Shown in pieces: positions 57,137-64,000 of a stretch of DNA of 64,000 bases. A program made the position numbers and the translations under genes. The stretch covers positions 42,613 to 106,612 of the forward strand of contig JBDTWD010000002.1 in the NCBI GenBank assembly GCA_040006915.1. The letters run 5' to 3'. A model generated the notes under the pieces. The model was given only the letters and a program-made list of their open reading frames with translations, did no database searches and was not told the origin of the DNA. Within the stretch, counting starts at the first letter, position 1. Every line of letters starts with the position of its first letter. This DNA is from Candidatus Woesebacteria bacterium. GTDB lineage: Bacteria; Patescibacteriota; Microgenomatia; UBA1400; UBA12028.

Positions 57137-58165
57137 CTAGTCTAGCAGCAACCATCGTTGGTCAGGAATACCTTCCGGCGCCCAGGCAGTCACTGATTCT
57201 TTCAATCCTTTAGGGGTAAAAGTAATCTGCCACCAGCAAATCATTACGTGGTGTTTCGGTGACATCAGGAATTGAGGGCCACCAACTACTTCGAAGCTGC
57301 CAGTTAAAACGACATCCAACTGCGAATCGGAATCGTTGGCGGCGGTACGCACATGGGTTTCACCCCACTGGGCATTGTTATACCCTTTTGCGCCAACGGA
57401 GAGTTGGCACGGAAGTGCTGCTTCACAGGCTATAACGGTTGGAGTTGGTGTCAACACAGTTGTTGGCATAACGGTCGGAGTCGTAGACGAGTCTACAGTA
57501 TGGGAGAATACTCCCCCAGCAATCCATCCGTGACTTCTGTCATTGAGCAGAACTTCGTTCCACTCGTACCCACCGTTGGGTGGATACCAAGTACCGAGTA
57601 AGGTGAATGTACTATCACGTAACACCCTAACAATCACCTTTGCATCGGTATTGTGATCGATATGGACACGCAAACAATCTCGATCCACAATTACTTGTGG
57701 TGTTCGTGTTTGCGTATATTCCTGGCACGGCAAGCTTTGCGGCGTGATTGTTGGAACAGACGGGATTATAGTCGGTGCTGTCTGCGCCTGTGGCATAATG
57801 GTAGGCGTGGAATGATCACAAGTACGAATACAAATGGTCACCGATTCGATTCCACCAAAGGAATTTTGGGCAGTATATGTAACCCACCCTTGATTCATTT
57901 CATTCCATAGCGTTTTGTTTTGGAGTTGACCAGAACGGTGGGAAATAAGTCCACCAGAACCGACACCTCTCCCCGTCGCACAGGAGACAGCTTGAGTCAA
58001 ATTTTCCGACCAAGTAATTTCCCCTTCCAATGCGGTTGTAAGACCTACTTCAGTCATACAACCACCCATATCCCGAAGGGAGTATTGCAGCGAATTCTGC
58101 GCAAAAACCGACGTTACGCTGGCGAATACCAGCGATGAGACGATAAGAGCAAGCTTTCGAAACAT
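57137..58165 (-). CDS. Secreted protein with Pro/Thr linkers and a C-terminal SH3-like domain
   Basis: Signal peptide VFA-Q, PT-rich linkers and HVRTAA...VVGGP...WWQI...AWAPEG. Confidence 0.75.
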   Translation of the reverse strand: MFRKLALIVSSLVFASVTSVFAQNSLQYSLRDMGGCMTEVGLTTALEGEITWSENLTQAVSCATGRGVGSGGLISHRSGQLQNKTLWNEMNQGWVTYTAQNSFGGIESVTICIRTCDHSTPTIMPQAQTAPTIIPSVPTITPQSLPCQEYTQTRTPQVIVDRDCLRVHIDHNTDAKVIVRVLRDSTFTLLGTWYPPNGGYEWNEVLLNDRSHGWIAGGVFSHTVDSSTTPTVMPTTVLTPTPTVIACEAALPCQLSVGAKGYNNAQWGETHVRTAANDSDSQLDVVLTGSFEVVGGPQFLMSPKHHVMICWWQITFTPKGLKESVTAWAPEGIPDQRWLLLD

Positions 58166-58376
58166 CGACTATTTCTCCTTGAAAAGGTTAAACGAATCTC
58201 CCAGATGGGAAAGAAAAAGTCATGCCGAAAACTCCTTCTTTCCCACCTGGAAAAAATTTGATCTTCACATTGTAAAAGAGCGATTGGGGTCCCTAGCAAA
58301 TTACCCATTTTTTGCCGTGATGGCGGAATGGAAAACGTACTAAAACCCTCCCTATATTTAGGGAACGTATATTATA
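58166..58376 (-). ncRNA. Structured 5' leader, copy B of the shared motif
   Basis: TATAAT at 58376-58371; CCATCACGG at 58323-58315; ATCGCTCTTTTACA at 58284-58271; 23-bp hairpin at 58252-58199; SD AAGGAGA. Confidence 0.6.
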
Positions 58377-58402
58377 GGACATTTTTGAGGTTTTGGGAAG
58401 GC

Positions 58403-59089
58403 TTACAGGGTCACTTTCGAATACCCTCCACCAGCCATCCAACCAGTTGTACCGTCTGGCAACTTGATCTGGTACCAAGGGAAATTACCCGAGGTTAGAA
58501 AGGTAGAGATCCAGGTTAATCGACTGGCGAATGTTGCTCGAGCCAAGATGTTGTTTTTACTGGTATCTGGAGCTTGGCGAATGTTCAAACAATGGACCAG
58601 AACTTGGACAAATGGAGTGTTACTAGCTTCTCCCCCGCGAAACTGACAGTTCAGATTTGACGCAGTTGCTGAGCCTGTGGCTCCACTTGAGCTAGAGCTA
58701 CCTAAAGTAAGACTCGTGCTGGTGCGATGAGAGGCAATGTGAACAACCTGAGATACTCGGTTCCCCTGAATATCTTTGGCTGAATACTCGATGTTCCCAC
58801 AGTTCATTTCGTTAAATTTGTTCTGCTCATCTGGGAGTGTACTGCGATGGAAAAGATCCACATCATCTTTTACCGCTCGTCCAGTTGCACAGGAGCTGGC
58901 ATCAAGATAATGAACATGCCACTTTAAAGGTCCACTTAAGCCGTTAGCTTTCATGCTCACTTCTGTCGTATCGATACTCATCCAAGAACCCGTTACTTCC
59001 AAGTTTCCTTGAGCAAAAGCTGGGACTACAGCTGTCACAAACAGAAATAGAGTCAAGCCAACAATGGAGAGAGCATTCAAAAATTTCAT
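58403..59089 (-). CDS. Secreted protein with a C-terminal SH3b-like domain
   Basis: Signal peptide AFA-Q, Ser-rich linker and LNIRQAP...WYQIKLPDGTTGWM. Confidence 0.8.
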   Translation of the reverse strand: MKFLNALSIVGLTLFLFVTAVVPAFAQGNLEVTGSWMSIDTTEVSMKANGLSGPLKWHVHYLDASSCATGRAVKDDVDLFHRSTLPDEQNKFNEMNCGNIEYSAKDIQGNRVSQVVHIASHRTSTSLTLGSSSSSGATGSATASNLNCQFRGGEASNTPFVQVLVHCLNIRQAPDTSKNNILARATFASRLTWISTFLTSGNFPWYQIKLPDGTTGWMAGGGYSKVTL

Positions 59090-59146
59090 AGAGTTATTAT
59101 ACTATAGGACTTGAAAGATAGCGATAAGGAGTATGTAAGAAAGACA

Positions 59147-59365
59147 CTAATCGACCCAGTTGTTCCAGAGGACAATCAGGGCCCCAAAGCATAAGGCCAG
59201 AGCCACTGCTGCAGGAGGGATTGTAACCCCAGCAAACACTCTCCCGGCAATATCTATGCCTGTAAGGGTGAGAAACCCCCAATTTAAGGCTGAGAAAGCT
59301 ATTAAGATCAAACAAAGATGATAGATGCCTCCACGTAAAAAGGAGTGTCTGGACATTCTGTACAT
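59147..59365 (-). CDS. DUF378-like small membrane protein
   Basis: LIAFSALNWGF..LTGIDI. Confidence 0.6.
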   Translation of the reverse strand: MYRMSRHSFLRGGIYHLCLILIAFSALNWGFLTLTGIDIAGRVFAGVTIPPAAVALALCFGALIVLWNNWVD

Positions 59366-59389
59366 ATTCTTACTGTATCATAGGAGCAT

Positions 59390-59611
59390 ATGAAAAAAAT
59401 AGAACTTGGTACCTACAAACACTACAAGGGAAATAAATATCTGGTATTAGGTGTTGCCAAACATAGTGAGACTAAAGAAGATCTCGTTGTCTATGTCAGC
59501 CTGTATGCCAATGATATGGCCAGCCTATGGGTCCGTCCTCTTGCTATGTTTTTAGAAGATGTCGTGATTGATGGGAAAACTGTTCCTCGCTTTGAAAAGC
59601 TTGCAGACTAG
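59390..59611 (+). CDS. DUF1653 protein
   Basis: YKHYKGNKY.V.GVAKHSET.E.LVVY..LY...WVRP..MF. Confidence 0.9.
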   Translation: MKKIELGTYKHYKGNKYLVLGVAKHSETKEDLVVYVSLYANDMASLWVRPLAMFLEDVVIDGKTVPRFEKLAD

Positions 59612-59968
59612 TTAAAAGCTCCATGGAGTCTGTAGTTTGCCCATATAAACAGCCGGCCCTCCATACTGATCTGCAGTGATATCGACAACTGTTTGATCTT
59701 CAAGGTATAAAAAGGTATGGCATTCCCCTGCATATTTCCCTTGGATAACTTTTCCTCGTCCTAAGAGATGCTGTAGGTACACACTGGCGATACCACAATT
59801 TAATTTTGGAAAAAGTTTTGCTGATTGACGAATAAACTCACCAAGATTAGGGATCTGAGCATAGGACTGATATAAGGAAAGCAAAAGCGCCTCAGGGATT
59901 TTCCCTGTTTCAAATGAACTGCGTACCGCATGAACAACTACGCTCAGGTTCTGATCACTCATGCTCAC
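59612..59968 (-). CDS. Small protein with a Cys-His-Asp (transglutaminase/papain-like) motif
   Basis: NCGIAS...HTFL...VDITADQY. Confidence 0.55.
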   Translation of the reverse strand: MSMSDQNLSVVVHAVRSSFETGKIPEALLLSLYQSYAQIPNLGEFIRQSAKLFPKLNCGIASVYLQHLLGRGKVIQGKYAGECHTFLYLEDQTVVDITADQYGGPAVYMGKLQTPWSF

Positions 59969-60014
59969 AGTCTAACACCAGTTTCCCAAAGACAAAAAAG
60001 TTTGGACATCTTCA

Positions 60015-60656
60015 TTATTTTCGCAGCTCGACTGTAGATAGAATTGCGTCAACATCATTTTGATACCCTTTTCCTTGAGGATCCGGAGCGATAAAGGTAA
60101 TATTGAGAGCAGTCTTTGACTCTGAATCTTTCTGAAGAATCAAATACGTTGAACTTCCTAAGCCGCGCAACTCATAGGTAAAACCAAAGTATCCGTTCAA
60201 ACTTGTTTGTCTTTTAGATTGTATGATTTCTGTAGTTCCATCAGCCGTAGAGGTCTGAATGCTTGAGTCAACAAATGCCGCTAAGGAACTATTTTTCAAA
60301 TCAACTGATTCAAATACCATCAGTACTCCATCATAGAGTTCCGTTTGCCCTTTCTGGGTGGCTCCTTTTTTGCTGATGCGAATGTGCTTTGCATCACTGG
60401 TATTGAGAACGTAGTCATTTGGATACAAGAATCCAAACCCACCTTTAGGATCGCTGTAGCTATTACCCCCGGCTTTGAGCACGTTGGTATCAGGATTGGA
60501 CTTGATGAATTGATCCACAGTCGGAATTGGAGCTGTCACCTCTTGAGGGACACTTGTCCCGGTCACCGGAACGTAGGATTTGGTAGATAAATAGTAGAGT
60601 GCGGCACCAACTCCTACCACTGCACCAAGCAAACAAATAATGATTGTGTTTCTCAT
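60015..60656 (-). CDS. Membrane-anchored extracellular protein (PsbP-like fold possible)
   Basis: N-terminal TM, YSDP.GGFGFLYP and C-terminal ILSTVE. Confidence 0.65.
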   Translation of the reverse strand: MRNTIIICLLGAVVGVGAALYYLSTKSYVPVTGTSVPQEVTAPIPTVDQFIKSNPDTNVLKAGGNSYSDPKGGFGFLYPNDYVLNTSDAKHIRISKKGATQKGQTELYDGVLMVFESVDLKNSSLAAFVDSSIQTSTADGTTEIIQSKRQTSLNGYFGFTYELRGLGSSTYLILQKDSESKTALNITFIAPDPQGKGYQNDVDAILSTVELRK

Positions 60657-60739
60657 ACGTACAAAAGTATAGAACAATATGATGATGATAGGGTAAGAGA
60701 CTGGTGTCTTCTTGCACAGAAAGTGCCTAGTAGCGGATA

Positions 60740-61342
60740 TCAAAACCTATTTTTATTTGCTAAACGAATCCTCAGCCACATAAGCAGACGCATGACAATG
60801 ACGACGGCAATAAAGATCGTTTCCAATAGACTTAGTGATGGGAGTGTTTTCATTCCTCCGTTATACCAAGTCATCCAACGAGCCGATTTGAGGAGTACCA
60901 CATGAGCCGCTACAAATAGCATCGCGATATAGCCAGCTCGTAGAATTCGTCTCCACTTCTGCACTCCAATTCGAACCATGGCCGAGCGACTAGAGATCAG
61001 CGCCATGATACTAAAAATACCTGTGGCGAAAAGGCCTGTCACTGGGGCGGGAGCTACTCTGAGCGCTGAAAAAGACAGTGCGACATGAACGAGAGCAAAT
61101 GCGAATCCGATTAAACCCAACTGTTTTCGATACATTATTTTTGAATCAAAGAGATTAAAAAAATAGGCGAGGCTAGAAAGCCACATCGATAATCCAATAA
61201 GAATAATTGAGGTGTCAGCCATTCCTTTGTTGAGGAGGTTTGGTGTTTTGAGATAACTATTATATCCATAACTGAATCCGTAGATGATGAATCCAAAGAT
61301 CAGTACTTTTAGATAAGGCCAAAGTTCTTTATTTACTTTCAT
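60740..61342 (-). CDS. Ferric-reductase-like transmembrane protein (MsrQ/YedZ-like)
   Basis: RKQLGL.GF.F..VH, ALISS...RIG..KWRRI.R.GY and AAH motifs. The start overlaps the upstream fusion gene. Confidence 0.85.
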   Translation of the reverse strand: MKVNKELWPYLKVLIFGFIIYGFSYGYNSYLKTPNLLNKGMADTSIILIGLSMWLSSLAYFFNLFDSKIMYRKQLGLIGFAFALVHVALSFSALRVAPAPVTGLFATGIFSIMALISSRSAMVRIGVQKWRRILRAGYIAMLFVAAHVVLLKSARWMTWYNGGMKTLPSLSLLETIFIAVVIVMRLLMWLRIRLANKNRF

Positions 61343-62852
61343 ACATTGTTCCTTTTCCGTTGTCGACAGTTTTATATGTTAAGTACTGATTAATTTCTCC
61401 GATCAACTGTGGTCCCTCATAGATCATCCCTGTAATCAGCTGAACAAGATTAGCACCAAGTTTCATTTTTTCTGTCGCATCCTGCGGGGAGAAAATTCCT
61501 CCCGTTCCGATGATCACGAAGCGTTCTTTAAAGTGCTTTTTTGTGAGGATAATCGCATGGTTGGAGCGATTCCAAGTTGGTTTCCCACTGACATTTCCTG
61601 CCCGATCTTTCCACAATGCACGGTCTTGGACGTTGACATCAGGATTATTTTTATCCTTTGTTAGATTTCCAAAGACGACTCCAGCAATTTGATGGTGAGC
61701 TGCAGTAGTGAGAAGTAAAAGTGTTTCTGTATCACTTAAATCGATGGGCATTTTGATAAAAACTGGTTTCTTACTTTTCAGTTTATCCAACCGGCTAAGT
61801 AAACGTTCAAGACGGTCGCCTGTGGTAAAAGGTTGCCCTCCGCTCAAGTTTGGACAACTAATATTGAGTTCATAATAGCTGTGTCGTACATTACTTTGTT
61901 CGAAAAGATAAAACGTTTGCAAAATATCATCAATTTGTGTCATCAAGGTCGTGTACTTCTTGTTTGTACTACCAATACTAATTCCAATTGGGATTGTAAA
62001 GTTTTTATTGGATAGTCTTGCAATGATGACTTTGGCTCCGCTACTTTTGAATCCTTTGTTCACCAACAGTGCTTGTGATCTGGGGAACCTGCTAAGTCTT
62101 GGTTTTGTATTTCCACCATATGGTTCAAGCGTCACGGTTCCAATCGTCGCGAAACCAAATCCGACACTCGGTAAAATGTCTGTGAGCTGCCCATCATAAT
62201 CAAACCCTGCCGACAATCCGACTGGATTAGGAAATGAAATTCCTGCAATTTTCTTTGACAGCTTCGGATGAGAAAAATAAAAAAGAATTTTAGTTAAAAA
62301 GCGTGTGATTGAAAATTTTCCAAGGAAGATTCCTATCTCTGTCATACGATTATGTACAAATTCAGCATCGAGCAAAAAGAAGATTGGTTTACAAATCTGT
62401 ACATAGAAGAAATGAAAGAGATTCCGTTTACGTACAGTGAGAAAAAGTGGAATACAGATTGAAAACAGCAAAAAACTACTTAATGCTGAACCAACACAAT
62501 ACAGGCACCACGCATTCAAAACGAAAGCCATTACGAAAACAAGATAGAGAGAAAAGAGGAAACCACCAGTCGTCAGGACGAGTAAAAAATCTTGTGCTCT
62601 CTCTGAGGCATCAAGAAAAACAAGAATCGCTACGGTTAAAATCGTGGCGTAATACACTATTCCAATTGCAGAGAGTGGTACAGGTCCCACATGTGACCAC
62701 GGGCTGCTCAAAACCCTGCCGCAGTCAAATGGAGGTTGGCACGATGGGACGATCCCAGATAACTCACTCCAAGTCATGTATGACGTATCCAAAAGACCTA
62801 AGAAAGCGATAATCACAATCGCTAGTTTAAAAAACAGAGAATATCGCGGCAT
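61329..62852 (-). CDS. VKOR domain fused to a class-2 (quinone-type) dihydroorotate dehydrogenase
   Basis: VKOR part: CQPPFDC..VLSSPWS..GPVPLS..G...WCLYC. DHODH part: KPIFFLLDAEFVH, NPVGLSAGFD, GTVT..P..GN.KPRL.R, NISCPN, SGKP, GTGGIFS and LVQLITGMIYEGP. Confidence 0.9.
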   Translation of the reverse strand: MPRYSLFFKLAIVIIAFLGLLDTSYMTWSELSGIVPSCQPPFDCGRVLSSPWSHVGPVPLSAIGIVYYATILTVAILVFLDASERAQDFLLVLTTGGFLFSLYLVFVMAFVLNAWCLYCVGSALSSFLLFSICIPLFLTVRKRNLFHFFYVQICKPIFFLLDAEFVHNRMTEIGIFLGKFSITRFLTKILFYFSHPKLSKKIAGISFPNPVGLSAGFDYDGQLTDILPSVGFGFATIGTVTLEPYGGNTKPRLSRFPRSQALLVNKGFKSSGAKVIIARLSNKNFTIPIGISIGSTNKKYTTLMTQIDDILQTFYLFEQSNVRHSYYELNISCPNLSGGQPFTTGDRLERLLSRLDKLKSKKPVFIKMPIDLSDTETLLLLTTAAHHQIAGVVFGNLTKDKNNPDVNVQDRALWKDRAGNVSGKPTWNRSNHAIILTKKHFKERFVIIGTGGIFSPQDATEKMKLGANLVQLITGMIYEGPQLIGEINQYLTYKTVDNGKGTMYESK

Positions 62853-62886
62853 TTTTACAGTATACAAAGAAAAACAGCCAAACTGT

Positions 62887-62902
62887 TGTGATCTTGCTCA
62901 CA
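62887..62902. promoter_or_regulatory. CRP-type box upstream of VKOR-DHODH
   Basis: Perfect TGTGA-N6-TCACA; -10 TATACT at 62864-62859 on the minus strand. Confidence 0.85.
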
Positions 62903-62905
62903 TTA

Positions 62906-63529
62906 TTACACGTAGTCAAAGAGCGCTTTTCGATCCAGCAACATGATCTCATGTGCATCGACAGAGACTAACTGAAGTTGTTTGAGTGCAGTCAGTTCGC
63001 GAGTAACGGTTTCACGCGAGAGACCCGTCAAATTGGCGAGTTTTTGATGTGTTAGTACAAGGTTTATTGCGTTATCAGATGTCGGAAACCGCTGTGATAA
63101 GGTGAGAAGCGTTTGAACAATAAGCGCTCGAGCGTTACCTTCCATTAAGCTTGCGGTTTTTAGCAGCATGCCGTGGAGTCCTTTGAGGAGGCGAACTGAT
63201 AGTTCATAGGATACTTCTGGGTTCGTTTGCAGCCATGCTTTGACTTCATTGACCGGTGCTTTATAGCCAGTACTGTCTGTCAGAGCCGCAAAGGTATATT
63301 GGTTGGGGATATCTGCCAGTCCATCCATCAGAGGAAAAAAGCTGCCACTTTTATATAAATTTAAACACAACTCTTGCCCACTTTGAGCAATGAAGGTTTG
63401 TTTGACGACTCCATCTTCGAGAAAGAAGATCTGCGAGGCTCGTTCTTCGGCGCGGATACAAATTTCATTGGCAGCTAGTTGGAATGGAGTTTTGCTGTAA
63501 AAGAATTCGGTTATTGGATCAGTTCCCAT
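62906..63529 (-). CDS. Crp/Fnr-family transcriptional regulator
   Basis: cNMP-like beta-barrel and HTH LTHQKLANLTGLSRETVTREL. Confidence 0.93.
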   Translation of the reverse strand: MGTDPITEFFYSKTPFQLAANEICIRAEERASQIFFLEDGVVKQTFIAQSGQELCLNLYKSGSFFPLMDGLADIPNQYTFAALTDSTGYKAPVNEVKAWLQTNPEVSYELSVRLLKGLHGMLLKTASLMEGNARALIVQTLLTLSQRFPTSDNAINLVLTHQKLANLTGLSRETVTRELTALKQLQLVSVDAHEIMLLDRKALFDYV

Positions 63530-63554
63530 CGTTGTATTGTACGCTGCAGGCGCT

Positions 63555-63570
63555 CGTGATCAAAATCACT
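63555..63570. promoter_or_regulatory. CRP-type box between the Crp/Fnr gene and ldh
   Basis: CGTGA-TCAAAA-TCACT; TGcAATAGT extended -10 at 63590-63598. Confidence 0.75.
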
Positions 63571-63614
63571 AGCTTTCTGTTTTATGATGTGCAATAGTTT
63601 CTACGAGGACAAAT

Positions 63615-64000
63615 ATGAATGTATCGACTAAAAAAGTAGCCATCATCGGGCTCGGAAAAGTTGGGATCACAGCCGCATACGCCATGCTTCTACGAAACAC
63701 TGCAGACGAAATCATCCTCGTCTCTCGGTCCGCTCAAAAAGCTGAGGGAGAACAGCTCGATTTAGAGCATGGACTCACTTTTCTTGAGAACACCCATATC
63801 ACATCCACAGATGATTTCAGTAAGATTGAGGGGGCAAACGTCATCGTCATTACGGCTGGTGAGGCCCAAAAACCAGGACAAACACGATTAGATTTAATTG
63901 GGAGCAATAAAAAAATCATCGAAGAACTTGCTGAGTCGATTCGTCCCTACGTCCAAAATAGTGTTGTGGTGCTCGTTAGTAATCCGGTCGATATATTGAC
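63615..64000 (+). CDS. ldh: L-lactate dehydrogenase (truncated by the window end; absent from the ORF track)
   Basis: Translated by hand: MNVSTKKVAIIGLGKVG...DLEHG...ITAGEAQKPGQTRLDL...VSNPVDIL. Gln occupies the specificity position. SD GAGG. Confidence 0.92.
   Translation, partial: MNVSTKKVAIIGLGKVGITAAYAMLLRNTADEIILVSRSAQKAEGEQLDLEHGLTFLENTHITSTDDFSKIEGANVIVITAGEAQKPGQTRLDLIGSNKKIIEELAESIRPYVQNSVVVLVSNPVDIL

Noticed and set aside
57124-57139. TGTGA half-site as a third CRP box
   Set aside because: The second half-site (ATACT) is poor and the site lies at a gene 3' end.
63734-63919. 61-aa minus-strand ORF in the ORF track
   Set aside because: It is a shadow of the plus-strand ldh that runs off the window.
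1-64000. tRNA, rRNA, prophage, IS element or alternative genetic code
   Set aside because: No cloverleafs, integrases, transposases or phage structural genes were recognised, and TGA acts as a normal stop (glyA, pyrC, tdk).

Overview
A gene-dense bacterial chromosome segment with no rRNA, tRNA, CRISPR array or transposase recognised. Streamlined housekeeping genes, many orphan ORFs and largely leaderless promoters suggest Patescibacteria/CPR, probably Microgenomates; this placement is inferred. From left to right it holds pheT, tsf and rpsB with an S2-type leader, then a nicotinamidase-like gene with an HD-SLOG (TRPM/LSDAT-type) fusion. Next is a ~24 kb nucleotide and folate cluster: folD, nfo, glyA, cmk-like, guaA, a purine PRTase, HD proteins, dNK, tdk, pyrF/E/D/C/B, upp, tmk and an MtrA-like/ThyA/DUF4346 fusion. 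It continues with topA, dprA, dipZ, an mreB-like/mreC/mreD/PBP2 operon, def, fmt, rpmB, transporters and two paralogous secreted SH3-like proteins. At the right end is a Crp/Fnr-flanked redox module made of a VKOR-dihydroorotate dehydrogenase fusion, an MsrQ-like membrane protein and a divergent ldh, with two CRP boxes. The best candidates for undescribed biology are (1) the VKOR-DHODH module, (2) a leader RNA architecture found twice (CCAUCACGG, a boxA-like motif, a 23-bp hairpin and an SD), (3) the nicotinamidase/HD-SLOG operon with a terminator-containing leader, and (4) a U-rich triple-hairpin leader with a 44-codon ORF upstream of the pyrimidine operon. All family assignments come from motif recognition by eye; no database searches were run.
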